Shown here in pieces: positions 1 to 13,994 of a stretch of 64,000 nucleotides of DNA. Position 1 is the stretch's first letter, and the number at the start of each line of letters is the position of its first letter. The position numbers were made by a program, and so were the translations under genes. Source of the DNA: an uncultured Bacilli bacterium (GTDB lineage Bacteria; Bacillota_I; Bacilli_A; RF39; UBA660); NCBI GenBank assembly GCA_947632415.1, contig CANRPB010000001.1, positions 19,549-83,548 of the forward strand, read 5' to 3'. Under the pieces are notes generated by a model. That model did not search any database. It had not been told where the DNA came from and was given only the letters and a program-made list of their open reading frames with translations.

Positions 1-1
1 G

Positions 2-3000
2 ATGAATAAGCAGTAGACCGACCCCAATGAGTTGATGAACACTCTAGAAGATAAGGAAACCGATGCTGTTGACAATCAGACAGATGAAGATACCGATAAT
101 ACTGAAGAGTATGAAGATGAAGTAGATGCTGAAGATGATAATGCTAGTCTGAACCTTGGATTCACCGAAGAGCGTGATTCATTGCAGCGTAACATGTGGA
201 ATAGTGCTGATATTACTACTAAAATACTATTTTGGGTGATACCACAAGATACTGTTACTGGTAATAAACTCAATTACATGGGTTTAACAGATTATGCTAA
301 CCCAGCTTAGATGTATATCAAGTTTACTGAGTTACTACAGGATTGTGCCAGTGAAGAGTAGATGATGGAGATACTGAAAGAGAATGCAGTTAAAGATAGT
401 TCAGTACAGGCTGTATATGAGTACCTTACTTAGGATGATGACCCTGAAGTAAATCAAGCATTACAGAACAAATTCTTCACTTCTACTTGTAGGTATAGAC
501 ATAGCTTTGAGAATACTACTTACGAACAGGAGTTTGATGAATACGGTAATGTAGTTGCTGTTACTGCTAGGAGTTATAATGGTAACATGAATGAAACTAC
601 TACTAAAGTCAGATATGCACTTATACGTCAAATAACTAGTGCTTTAATCAACCGTGCTACTAGACCTGATAATAATCAATATAAGAGTGCTAATGCTAAA
701 CAAGCCAAAGAAGCTATATCTAAACTGATAAATGCTTTAGCTGGCGTTAAGTACAATAAAGGCGAGTTAACTAAGCGATTAGCTGAATTACTTAAGTTAT
801 CCTATGAAGTAAATGGTTTCGGTATGCTTGTAGATGGTGACTATGACTTATCACAGTCTGTAGACATGATTATGAGTTATATCTGGGATGAGAATGGTGG
901 TGTATCTACTGGTTAGGTTGATAATACGGCACTCAGGAGTTTGATAAGTGTATTCAACATCATAAATAACAATGTTACTGGTATTACTGGTGAATCAGTT
1001 AAGAATGATGAAGTTAGTGTTAAGCAGCGTATAAGGAAGATAATTGATGAGAATGTAGAGTTATAGAACTTCTTAAAGAACATTAGTTCTTATGCACCTA
1101 GACAAGCTAGGATGATGTCTTAGAACGGTCCTAAAGGTGTTAGGATATACACTATTGGAGCATATAACTACATCACTAGGTTATTCCAATTATGGACTAA
1201 ACCTATACGTGGTGCATTATCCAATTGGCGAGATGCAATAGCTAAAAACCCATACGCTGGTCATTCAGTTTGGCTAAAGAGCGGTAGATTACCTAAAGCC
1301 AAATTGAATACTCGTCTACAGACTATGACTTCAGATAACTTTAATAGCGCACAATCAGATAAGTATGTTAGTCCTGATGTAGAGCTGATAAATCGTATGG
1401 TTACAGTACTTCAAGTAGACAATTCTGGTAAATGGTTAGGTGGCCATGCATTCCCAGTATTGGCTAATAAGAAGTTCTCTGCTGATTTAACTGGTTTGGT
1501 TATAGAAGCATTAGAAAGACCTGTTCATGCAGTAGCAACCGCAAGTGGTAAGTTTAGTTACGATATAAACATCGGTGCTAAATAGGTGTTTGCTGGTTAC
1601 TTCTTAGATGAAGTAGCTGCAATAAAGGATGCTAAAGCTGCTAGAGATAACTTCATTGAAGTTATTAATCGAGTAAATGGCACCAAACACACTGTTCAAA
1701 GTTTCTCTGAATTAAGTATACCTGAACAGACTAAGTTGCTTACTGCTAGTGAAGCGCAATCGGTTGAAGGCCTTCATGAGATAAACAATGCTCTAAATAA
1801 GTTAGTAGTAACATATCACTTTGAGTCTACTAAGAATGAACCGGTATATGACAAGCAAGGTCGCGTGGTATCATTCAATACTTCTCATATAGACTTACGT
1901 GAAGGAGCTGGTTATGGTCATAGACACTTTACTAATGTAGCAGCTAGGTTAAGTGCTAAAGGTATAGACTTCGATACGTTGGACATCAATAATCCAGATT
2001 TGTTGAATGCTATAGAAACTGAAGTATTACAACCGGGTATAGCTGATACTATAAAAGCAATGGAGTCTAGAGGTGTTAGTAGTTTAATACCTACTAACTT
2101 GGTTAGTGACTACGCTAAGATATACAAATCATCTGACGAATATACCACCGAATTACTAATGTTGGCTACATTTGCTATTAGGCACATGTCTGATATGCTC
2201 GAGTATGAGAAGTTGGTATAGGGTGATATGGCATACTTTGGTAAAGGTGGTAAGCGTTATCGTAAGACAATTGATGGTATGACTAAACGTTACTCAGGAC
2301 CTGTATCTACGTTTGGTTTGAATGCTTCGAAAGGTACTAGACCTATGTCTTTGACAGCTGATGACACATATGATTTGAGTAATAGTAATGTATACCAATC
2401 ACTTACTATATAGACTACTAAGTTGATAGACTACGATGTATTTGAAGGTTTGGTAAATAGGTCATTAGGCTTACCCGTATAGATAGATTATAGCGTAGAC
2501 ACAGAAGAAGGTGCAGTTACTCCATCATTCAGTCATGAGCAACTGTTAGGTGAAGATGGGTTACTTAAGAAAGAAGTACTCAATGGTGCATTTAAAGACT
2601 ATACTGTATTCAGGAAGTAGAATGAAGATGGTTCATACGATGCTAGTGTTGATACTGCAATCGCTAAAAGTATAGTTAAAGACGTATTAAATCGTTATAC
2701 TGGTTATCTGTCACAAAACTATACTGATGCTACCTCGTATATATCATCAACCATGTTTAGGGAATTAAGGCAGCGTAGTGATGATGGTTGGACAGACATT
2801 CAGGAAGCTTGCTGGTTGTTCATGGAACACTACGATAATCTATGGTAGATGTATAATAACCGTGAGCTGACTAATGACTGGAATGCTATGGTTTGGGCAG
2901 CTCATCAGTTAGGTATCGATGATGAGACATTAAATGGGTTTAGGATTGATAGTGATAGACTATATAATCCAGCACATAATTTTAATTCACCTGATAGGCT

Positions 3001-6000
3001 GAATAGCCCTAAACACAGGGAACAGCGTGCTAAGTACCGTGGTAAGATATTAGCTTACTTGGAGGATGAGAATGGCATACCTAAGATAGATACTACACCA
3101 ATGAAGTATCTATACTACGGTAATAAACCGTAGTTTGATACTGATACTCCACTATATATACCTATCTATGACAAGACTGCATTGGTACCAATGTTCAAGA
3201 TATTCACTGAAGATCATGACGCTGAACATCTATATCGATTGATGCATGACTCAAATACGCAATTCGTTAAGTTTGATAGTACTACTAAGACTGGCGGTGG
3301 GTTTAGTTATCAGTTATACGATGAGAATGGTAATTTCAATAGTAATTTGAACTTAGCACCTAGACAGTTACAGTACTTTGACCAGTTAGGTAAACAGCTC
3401 GATACTGATGCTCATACTAACCCGAATAGTACATTGTTGACCCAGCTAACTAAGATCTCAATGCTTAATACTGTCGGTAACATATATTCATTATCTGGTA
3501 AACAGTTAAATGGTAAGCAATTAAATGAGTTATATGCTGCTACGTTTAACTCACTCACTAGAGATGGGTTTGATCGGTTTAAGCGTACATTTGGGTTCAA
3601 TAGCGAAGGTCAACTTGACGAGGAAGGTAGGAGAAAACTGGTAGCTAAATTAAGGAAGATACTTGAAGATTCAGGTGCATCACAATCAGTTATAAACTCG
3701 TTTGATTTAGATGAGAACGGTGATTTTATAACTACACCAGCTCTATTACCTAATGGTAATCAAATATAGTCTAGGTTATTATCTCAAGTAGGTAAGATTA
3801 TAGTTGATACGCACATTAAAGGTTTACCTTTATATCAGGTTGTAAGTGTTGGATTTGATCAAGATCATCCGTTAAAGAAAGGTGTTTCCTTCGATAAGGA
3901 GCTGTTATCGCCTGGTGATATTGATGAGAATGGAAATACAGTCACTAGGATGCAAGCTAGAGTATCTATACTACTGTTCAACGATGTCATCAACGAAGCT
4001 AAGAAAAATGCTAAGTTAAGTAAGAAGTATAATGGTTTAACTAGTTTCTACGATAAACGTAGATTCTTACTTAACAATAAAGATAAGTTACCTTCATTAG
4101 TATATCGTGTGCCTACACAGAGTCAAAACTCTGTAATCCCAATTGACATAGTTGATGTTATGCCAGCATCGCAAGGTGCTGTTGCTCAATTACCTACTAC
4201 ACTTACTGCTTTAACTGGTGCAGACTTCGATATTGATAAACTGTATACTGCAGTATTTAATTATGATATAACTGATGATGGTATTGAGAAAGTAAACTAT
4301 ATGGACAAGTATAAGACATTTGATGACTTAGTTGCCCATATGGACGAACTTAATACTAAACAGAAAGAGAATCTGTTATTGGATATATTCCAATCAGTGT
4401 TGACTAGTGATAGTAATTTACTGCATACTACTGTTCCTCTAGACGTATGTACTGATCCAGTAAAATCGGTTATGACTAAAGAGGTTAAAGTTGAAGGTGA
4501 TAATACAAACCATGACGGATTCTCATTGACACCAGCGCATCAAGCACAAATGCGTGAGCAAAATGCTAATTCTGATACTACAATTGGTCCTATGGCGCTT
4601 AACTCTGTATTCCAATACTATTTGCAAACCACTGGATTAGACTTTATAACTGATCCGTAGTTAGAGAAATTAGGTATACACGGTTTAGGTCATTCATCAT
4701 TGACTGTCAAGGATACTATGCGTATAGCATATTTACTGGATGTTACTTCAGCAATGATTAATGCCTCTGTGGATGCTGCTAAAGACAATTACATTGGTAG
4801 AGCTAATATTAATAGTGGTACTTATGATGTACTTAACTTTTTAATTGCTAGTGGTTTCGATTTGGATACCTTTAGATTCATAGCTCAGCCAGGTGTAAAG
4901 TAGTATGTTTCTGAATAGCTGCGTGGTTCTAAAGATGCAATATTTAAAGTTAAAGCGGATACTGCCGGTGTAGGAAGTGGATTTAGTATTCAACCAGATC
5001 TATTTACTACAGAGAAACTTAAGGCTGAATTATAGAATCCTACTAGAGAGGCTCAACAGTGCTATGTTTCTGCATTTGCATATATTCAATCTATTGCGTC
5101 TAGGTATAGACAAGCTATATCAGTAGCTTAGGTAGATACTAAGAAATATGGTAAGAATGTAACTGAATTAATGGCATTCCTATAGAATGTAGATGATTAT
5201 GAATCAGATTATAACTTAATCTTCTCTAATCCAGATACTCTGTTTGAGAATTCATTCTTAAAAGAGAAGTTAAATGCTATTAGAGATGCTATGGGCATGT
5301 TTAGTGACATATTCTTAGAGAACTCATAGTTGTTTAAGGATGCTAGTACTAGGCTAAGTGATATATTCGGTAAGCGTGGCCCTTATAGTAAACAATTGTT
5401 ACGTAGAGCAGTGCCAAAGCTTAAACAAGCTATCTTTAAGATATTCTTTGATCAGTACATAGTTAATCGTTTCTCTTCTCCAGATGGACAGATAAATTAT
5501 AGTCCGTTATATACTCTATTCTGCGACCCGAAATTATCAGTAGTTGCTAGATATGACCACATAAAGGAACTATGCGAGAAAGAGCATAATATAGGTTCAG
5601 TATTCTTTGAGATAGTCAAATATGCTAGAGCTCGTAAGAACTCAAATGCGCCTAGGTTCTTTGTAGTTAACAATGCAATTACTACAGATCCAAACCTTAA
5701 ATAGGCTGTATAGGATAGTATAGCAGAATTATTCCATAGTGGTAATCCAGAAGTAAGACAATGGATAACTGATGCTGCTGTTATGTAGTTCTATCAGACA
5801 GGTGGTACTGATACCACATCAGGTACTGCAGTCAAATCATCGTTCTATGATATGCTTCCACCACAAGAATTAGGCAACATTGAAGCTAATATGGGTAATG
5901 GTAATACTACATTCAATGAGTTTGTCAAGTCTGGTGACTATTATGGTGACTTAGATCAGTTAGTCGATGAAGCTATACTTTAGCTGTCTATAAGTGATGA

Positions 6001-7507
6001 TGAGTTTGTGCCAGTAGTTAAGACTTACGGTAAAGCTAATTCATTTAACGTATAGTTAATTGGTGATAAGTCAGTAGCTATAGCTCGTAAAGCATCTAAT
6101 AAGCTCAGACGTGACTATATGGGTAGTAGGTATGCTAAATATATCAAAGTATAGACTAGCAGGGAGGAAACTCCTACATTATACGTACTCGGTAATGTGG
6201 TAAGGACTGAAACTACTGATCAAAAAACTGGTGAACTTAAGGTATATTATAATCCAATATACTTCAAGATGAATAAACTTGGGTATAGACAGTATGGTAA
6301 TATATCCAATAGTATACGTGTAGATGGTGCTGTATTCTATGATGAAAATGGTATTCCTTATCGTAGGTCATTATTCAATAAGCAGACTCAAGGCTTGATG
6401 AGTGATAACAGATACCATAGATTTACTGCTTAGAACTTGGCACAGCTTGAAACTGAGCAAGTACAATCTAATGGTGTTAAATTGGCTTACAAAGCTAAGG
6501 ATGAAGTAGTAAATGCATTAACTAAGAATGGTGCTAGATACCAGGTATTTGATGTAGACGAAGTTGGAAATGTGTTATTTGATGCAGATAATGATCCGTA
6601 CAGAGGATACTTTGAAACTGGTAACCATAGAGGTACCCAGTTAGTATTATCAAGGTTATCGTAGGCACCAACTGATACTAATGTTCTAATGGTTAACCAC
6701 GCTAAAGAAGTAGGCGCTACGTTCCAATAGTTAGTTAAAGTTGGTGATGAATATAAATTCATTGGTTCTGATACTGAACTTACTGGTACAGTAACCTTAT
6801 TGTTCAACAATCGAAGTGAAATTCAAGAAGCTGCTGATTAGATATTTAGTAAGTATCCTGGTGTAAATATTGTTAAATTATTTGATTCTACCAATCGAGA
6901 AATCATTTCATTGTCTCGTGGTGGTAAGGTTGGCTCAGCAGATAATAGTAGATTAAGATATAGTGCACAATTTACTAGAGAAGATGCTATAAATCATCCT
7001 AATTTACTATACATATTTACTGATAATACCGATAGAACATCTGGTGGTTAGGAATATGGTGAAGGTTGGTATAAAGACAAGTATGGCACTGGTGGGTTTG
7101 GTAGCAGGCGTAATCCAACTACTGCTGTAGTACGTGGTTTGCCTAATGCAGCTCCTATATCAACTATGAAGTGGTTCTATAAAAATCACGGTCTAAGCGA
7201 TTATAAAGCTGCAAGATGGACAGATGCAGATATGAATCAAGTAATGAATGTTGTTAGTGATGAAGTTAGAGATATATTGAATCTATGGGAATCTGGTAAG
7301 TTTGACGCTGTAGTATTCCCGAATGAAGACTTTTTATTAAATAGCTTGATCGCTGGCATAACTGAAACTCGTACGCCTCAATTGTATGCATATTTTAAAG
7401 CGGTGAAGGAATTTCTCAGTGACACTATAACCGGTAAGGTTGGCGATATGTTATCGGATATAAACAACAAGAAAGATTCTGAAGACCAAAAGAGTAAAGA
7501 GTGTTAA
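2..7507 (+). CDS. Giant virion-associated protein with RNA-polymerase-like DxDxD motif. Continuous only with TAG read as sense. May start at ATG 2 or upstream of the window.
   Basis: 13 track ORFs (32..310 through 7139..7507) all lie in frame 2. Gaps read codon by codon (310-587, 916-1304, 2413-2849, 3769-3950) contain only TAG stops. The frame closes at TAA 7505-7507. DFDID motif at 4223-4237. Confidence 0.8.
4223..4237 (+). other. DFDID (DxDxD) candidate metal-binding motif of the crAss-like virion RNA polymerase family
   Basis: Codons gac ttc gat att gat in context TALTGADFDIDKLY. The assignment to the phi14:2 gp66-type RNAP family is from memory of published work, not from a search. Confidence 0.6.
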
Positions 7508-7510
7508 TAT

Positions 7511-10500
7511 ATGTGCCCAAATGTGAATAATAATGAAGTTGTTGAACAGTTTAACTAGATTGTTCAACAACTCGGTGGGGAACCACTTAGTATTGAAGAG
7601 TTTAAGTCTTCAGAGCTGAGAAGTAAGAGAACTGGTAAAAACTACGCTGCTATGGAGGCTGCCTACCGTATATGGAATTATATGAACGGTGAAGTAACCG
7701 ATGCTAGTACAGCTATAAACCAGTATACACAATCATTAAATATACCAGTTAGATAGAAAGTAGCTGAGGTTAACCGTCGTAGTCCAATAACTAATGCTGC
7801 GGAACATGCAGCATCTACAAGGATTTCAAGCTTACTAGCTGATTTATACCCTGAATTATCAGTTGAGTATCGAAGATCATTAGAAGGTGGTAATTTAGGT
7901 GAAATAGACTTAGGAGCATTAAAAGTTTTAGTTGATTTCGTGAACGGTAGGGCTGATACCCTACCACACGAATATGCTCACTACTATTATGCTATGTTCT
8001 AGAACTCAAAGATAATGAAGGAAGGTATCAATGTCTTTGGTTCTGAAGAAGCATTAGTATCAGCTATAGGTAGTAGAGTTGCTGAGTTAGATGGTAAACA
8101 GCGTAGATGGTACCAAAAGTTTTTAGACTGGATTAAGTCATTCTTTAGTACTGAATTACGTAAGAAAGCATTATTAGGTGCTATAACTGATGCATTCCTT
8201 GAAAGACGTGATTTAGGTAATAGAATTTATGAATTATTTGGTGTAAGACATCAAGCCGCAAGTAACTTAAGCGTAGATGAAGCATAGTTAGCTTTAAGTA
8301 AAATGGCTAGCGATTTAGTATTTGATGAAGCATCACATACTTACTCGTTACGTGGTAGCAGCATAGCATTAACAGCAGTTAGTGATTTAAAGACTAAACT
8401 CGGCTATAATAATTACGATGATACGCTAGAAGATGCTGACTAGAAAAAACTATCAAATGACGCTAGAACACGTGGTACAATGATCCATGCTGTACTTGAG
8501 GATACTTTCAATGGTAAGTTTAATCTCAGTAGATACTCTAATATCAGTCAAAGAGCTGCTATCAAACTGAATCAGATAGCTGAGAAACTATTGGTAGACT
8601 ATGATTTCGTAGCATCAGAAGCAATGATGTACGATGAAAGTATTCAAGCTGCTGGTACCACTGACTTGATACTACGTGATAAGAAAACTGGTGAATATGT
8701 AGTACTTGACTATAAGACTAAACTAGTAAAGTATAATGGTAAAGAAGAAAAACCAAATGGTAAAAGATTTTGGGGATTCTCTTATGCTACTAGTAAGAAC
8801 AAAGGTCTTAAGTCTAGCTCAGATGCATATAATTTCCAGACTAAGCTGTACCAGAAAATGTTATAGAAGCTTGGTTTGAATGTTACTAAGCGGGGTATAA
8901 TACCTTTAGTGTATGAAGTAGATGAACGAGATGGTAGTTGGTAGATAACTGATATTAATACTAGCAAGATATTTGGCTCTGATATAGACGAGACTGGTGG
9001 ATGGTCTGGTATACCGATTAATGATAAGAAAGCAGGTGTACAGTGGATGTCTGAAGATACTACAGTTAATAGGGATATTAATGCTAAGTTATATGAAGAT
9101 TATTCTGATTTTGCTACACCTGAAGCAGGTAAGCGATTTGTAGCTGCTATGGATGATGCATTCAATATCATCGCCAAGATACGTAATAAACTAAATGCTC
9201 AGATTGCTATAGCTACACGTCGTGATCGTAAATCAGCTGCATATAGGGGTAGAGTTGCATTGGCTAGAGTAGATAGTTCATCAGAATTAGATGCTATGCT
9301 AGCTTATATGCAGTATACTCAAGATTAGCTTAATAGAATGGTAGAAGTCCTATAGGATTTATCCAAGCAAGGTGAGAATGCTCAGTGGTCATTAGCTAAA
9401 TTAGCTTAGTACTATCAGATAGCTGAATCAGTTAATGTGCTTAATAATATAAGTAGTTTCTTAGCTGGTAATGAAGACTTATTAAATAAGTCTGAAGTAT
9501 CACAGTTGACTAGAGCAGTAAATCAACTATAGACTTCAGTAAGTATCATTAAAGGTTACTATGATAACTAGGGTAAGAGACTATACTTGAATGTTATATC
9601 TAAAGGTGTAACTGCTTATAGGCAGCGATTGATTGAAAGGTAGGAAGCTAAGTATACTGAAGAACACCCACAGTAGAAAGGTGAGTCTGGTAAAGCATTC
9701 GTAGCTAGACGTAAGGCTTACATGGACTAGTGGATATAGGATAATGAAGATTATCTAACTAAAGAATAGAACAAGTGGTTAGAAGCTTAGACTAGGATAG
9801 CTGATAAGAGCTTTGAAGCTAATGCTATAGGTTAGTATTTCTCTTCAGTATATGAGTCAACAGACCCGTTTGTCCAATCAATGGTTAGGATGTACGATGA
9901 AGGTATGGAAGAAGTAAACCATAAGCGTATATTCATGATGAATAGACTTAATAAGTTAGTTAAGCAGTACTATAGTGATTACGGGTATAACTCATTATCT
10001 AACTTCCGTAAGATGTACGATGATTTCGTTGAGATAACTGAAGACGGTAAGTGCTATTTAGTTGGTAATGTTAGTGCTTAGTTTTTAAATGCTCGAGAAA
10101 AGTTTGAATATGAGCTAAAAGGTTAGACTACACTTACTGCAGAGGAACGTAGAAAGGCTAGAAGGGAATGGTATGACGAGAATAGCCCTGTGAGCGATTT
10201 AGAGGCTTATAGCGAGGACTTCTCTCATTAGCTGGAGGGTTACCTTACCGAGTTAATAGAGTCCGAAAATGAGCGTTAGAAGCTGTTTAGGAACATACTA
10301 GATAACTTCAATAAAGGTAAGCTGAAAGCGAGTTGGTAGAAGTTCATATTTGATAAGAATGGACCTGTAGCTAAGGATAATAAGATTAATCAATATGAAC
10401 TATGTGATTTCTTACTTGAGTTGTAGCGTACTCTAGATATTAATCACAGGAAACCTAGTGATAAGTATGCTAATGAGAAGTATGATAAGATGATGCAACT

Positions 10501-12355
10501 TGATGAGAATGACAGTAAGCGTAAACTATGGGAAGCATTATCAGAGATAAGTAATGATGAATATCAATAGTATAATCTACCATTACCACTGTAGTTACGT
10601 GGTAGACTACCGTCTATAGTTAAAGGTAAACTTGAATAGGCTGTAACCCATTCAGTTGGTTCTGCTGTTAAATTGGGTATATAGGATGCATTCTGTTTAA
10701 TGGAGGATGACTATGAACTGATACATGGTGAGTTCTATGATGAAAATGGCAATAAGATATATCAAGTACCTATGCCGTATACTGGCAAGCGTATAACTGA
10801 AGATAAATAGTCATTCAACTTACCTGATATATTCCTTAGATATTATGAAGCTGCTAACACTTATAAGGTTAAGCGTAACTTAGAAGAGTATATAAAATAT
10901 ACTTAGTCTATATTAGCTACTAGACGTACTTATGAGAATGATTAGGTTAACTACGGTAATCCTGAAGAAGGTACTAAGTATGTTGGTAATACTAAGAAGT
11001 TATTTGATGCTTGGGTAGATCAGGTGTTCTATAATGAGCGTATAAAAGGTAGGGGTTAGCTTAATATAGGTAAGTATAAGGTAGAGAAAGCATTGATTTT
11101 GAAGGCTATAGCTAAATTCTCATCAACTAAAGCGATGGCTGGTAATATTGTATCAGCGGTTAATAACATATTAGTTGGTGATGCCCACGGATGGGAAGAA
11201 GCTGTAGCAGGTAAATATATCGATCTTAAGAGTTATCGTAAGGCTCATAAGATGTTCATGAAAGCTATACCTTAGATAATATAGGATGCATTCAGAGTTA
11301 CGCCAGAAAATAAAGTTAATAAGCTGTGTTAGTGGTTCCACATATTTGATGGTAGTGAAGGTGTTAGTTTACGTGGTGCTATGTCTAATAGTCCTGGTAA
11401 CTATATCTATGCATTAACTGCTTTGGGTGAAAGATGGATATAGGGTAAGTTCGTTATAGCTTACTTCTTGAAAATGAGAGCTAAAGATAAGGATGGTAAT
11501 AACCTTGGTTCTATGTGGGATTTTGTTGATTTTGATGAGAATAACCAATTAACAGTTAATGATTAGAGAGTAGCTAATTTTGATGCTGGTACTCAAGCTA
11601 AGGTTTCATTAATGCTACGTAAAGTATCTATGGGACTTAATGGTAACTATGATGGTTAGAGGGCAGCTGTAGCAGTTGAAAGTAATGCTTTAGGCTGGTT
11701 TGGACTTGCTTTAAGACGATGGATAGAACCGTTTGTAGCTAGACGTTTAGGTCGTGAAACACATGATGATACACTAGGTACTGTCAATACTGGTATGTAT
11801 CGTACTTTCCGTAGATATATGTGGAATGATGCTAGGTTGGAATTGTTATAGCATATGCCTGAATTCTTAAAACATTTCTTTGGAGTATAGGCTAAAGATG
11901 TTAATGAACTTAAGCGTAACTTTAGGAAATGGGCTGAATTACATGACTGGGAGAAAGCTAACATTAAGCGTACTTCTGTTGAACTTGGTTTAGCTATGCT
12001 GGCATTGTTGATTTTTGCTGGACTTGGTGGTAGTGGTGGAGATGATGACCAGAATAATTTCACTAGGTTTGTCAAATATTAGTCATATAGACTTTATTCT
12101 GATTTGACTTTTGTTGCTAATCCTGTTTCCTTTACTAATATTTTCCGTGACCCATTCCCTGCACAGAAGCTTATTACTGATGTAGCTAGTGTGGTTAATT
12201 AGTTAACTGATCCTACCGAAGAGTATTAGAGTGGCAATCATCTATTTGATAATAAACTGATTAACAAGACAGTTAAGTTGATACCAGGATCTAATCAGAT
12301 TTATCGACTTCAAAATATTCAAAACGAAATTAATTACTTTACTAGAGGAAGATGA
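7511..12355 (+). CDS. Second giant protein (about 1614 codons) with HExxH, PD-(D/E)XK-like and C-terminal hydrophobic segments. TAG read as sense.
   Basis: ATG 7511 lies 3 nt after the upstream TAA. 5 track ORFs share frame 2. All gaps I read (7511-8015, 8287-8480, 8866-9047, 9328-9881, 10081-11093, 11275-12355) contain only TAG. Stop is TGA 12353-12355. HEYAH at 7967-7981. TDLIL...VLDYKT...FQTKLYQ in 8480-8866. Confidence 0.8.
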
Positions 12356-12371
12356 CGAAAGGATGAATTCG

Positions 12372-12920
12372 CTAGATTGGTTGCCATGTTCTAATGACAT
12401 ACAAGAAAGGGTGAGTAGTTATACTCACCCTTTTGTTTACTTTATTGAGATCTAATTGCACTTCATTAGGATCTATTCTCCTTAGTTTTTTATGTAATTT
12501 ATCATATCCTTTAAATAAGTCTGTACTATCTTTAGGGTATGAAATCCAATCTATTTTGCTTATAAAGATTGAAGATACTTTCGTAAACTCATTATTTAAA
12601 ACTAATTCTGTATCGGTTTTAAATTTATTAGGTATATGAAATGAATATATGTCATAACAATCACCGTCTATTTCTTCGTAGTAATTTGAATAAGCGTATT
12701 CATTGTTGTTATAGAATGTTTTAAAATTTTTCGGTGCTAAATTCTTGAATACTACGAATATTTTATTACCCCAAGCTGGTTTGTTTGTATCACCTATGTA
12801 TACACCTATAAATCTACTATGAAGTATTAAGTTGAAATCTTTCTTTTCTTTGCATACGATTGGAAATATATAGAATGCCATTAGATAACGAGTATCAGAT
12901 CTCTTCAGTTCCATCTCCAT
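12372..12920 (-). CDS. Hypothetical protein
   Basis: 182-aa ORF ending in TAG (cta at 12372-12374). The alternative start M14 (12881) would remove the 26-nt overlap with the upstream gene. Confidence 0.55.
   Translation of the reverse strand: MEMELKRSDTRYLMAFYIFPIVCKEKKDFNLILHSRFIGVYIGDTNKPAWGNKIFVVFKNLAPKNFKTFYNNNEYAYSNYYEEIDGDCYDIYSFHIPNKFKTDTELVLNNEFTKVSSIFISKIDWISYPKDSTDLFKGYDKLHKKLRRIDPNEVQLDLNKVNKRVSITTHPFLYVIRTWQPI
12406..12438. terminator. Bidirectional intrinsic terminator at the convergent junction
   Basis: 12-bp perfect stem AAAGGGTGAGTA/TACTCACCCTTT with loop GTTA, followed by TGTTT on the + strand. It lies 50 nt past the TGA of the giant gene. On the - strand it is followed by TTTCTTGT. 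Confidence 0.7.
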
Positions 12921-13872
12921 CGTAATATGCTTTTGGATGGTCCCAATTTCCTGTCTGATAATGGTATGATAATTCTGTTAATGTATTGATAATAAGGTCT
13001 TTGCGACTATCTAACTCAATTTCATTAAACATGTTAAATACTCTCACTTCATAGCTATCATTCGTTTGAATTGCAACTATATATGCTTCGCAATCATAAT
13101 CTGATATATCTATACCTAAGTCAGTCATATACCAAGTAATTGCGAGCAAGTAATAACATATCTGCCGATAGTAATCAAACTCTTCAACAGAATGCTTAAA
13201 GTTATATACGTCACTGGTTGTCTTTAAGTCAATCAGTGTTATTTTTTTATTTATATGGTCGAATATACATCTATCAAGTAATGACTTACACGGTGCTATC
13301 CAATTATTTACTTTAAATTTCCAGTTAATGTGGAATTCATTATGAGATTCCACTCCAGGTATATCTGTTAGCAATTCCTTTGCTTTCTTATGGTTATATA
13401 TATTATCCTTAATAGTATTTAATATATTCAAATCGGCAAAGCTAATTGCTTTTCTATTCTCTTTGTTATGTTTTAAAGCTTCTATATAGTCAGCATACTT
13501 CTCACATAGCTCTGTCGCTTCTTTTAAGGCGATTTCAGACGTTTTCTGGTTACTATATGAACTACGGTATGCCTGAAGCTTTTTCGTGTCTTCTATGAGC
13601 TCTAATGAGCTCGCATAAGCTTCACAGAAATCCTTTTGTTGTTTTACTTTAGGTACTTCATAATCAAGTATAATATAATCATGCCAGAATTCATCTGGTT
13701 GCAGTATATACTCATGTATCATAGTACCTCGTTCAAGTTGAGGTAGTTTTAATCCTTCCTCTTTCCCGTCTATCATATCCTTATAATACCGTGGTCCTTT
13801 CTTTAAGAACCACCCGATTGCTGAGTTTGATATTCGCGTGTTATCTTCATAATACGGAATCTCTATTTTCAT
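12895..13872 (-). CDS. PD-(D/E)XK (RecB/Cas4-like) exonuclease
   Basis: Motifs ERGTMIHEY, DHINKKITLIDLKTT (D...DxK) and YYRQICYY (QxxxY). 325 aa. TGA stop. Confidence 0.7.
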   Translation of the reverse strand: MKIEIPYYEDNTRISNSAIGWFLKKGPRYYKDMIDGKEEGLKLPQLERGTMIHEYILQPDEFWHDYIILDYEVPKVKQQKDFCEAYASSLELIEDTKKLQAYRSSYSNQKTSEIALKEATELCEKYADYIEALKHNKENRKAISFADLNILNTIKDNIYNHKKAKELLTDIPGVESHNEFHINWKFKVNNWIAPCKSLLDRCIFDHINKKITLIDLKTTSDVYNFKHSVEEFDYYRQICYYLLAITWYMTDLGIDISDYDCEAYIVAIQTNDSYEVRVFNMFNEIELDSRKDLIINTLTELSYHYQTGNWDHPKAYYDGDGTEEI

Positions 13873-13994
13873 GCTGCTAAATATAAATCGGTTTCAACTT
13901 CCATGTTTGTATTCCATGGGATCTCGTCTTCTATATCCTGACGGATATGTTTAGACATCTTGCATATGACTATCATTAGAAATAAAATCATGAT

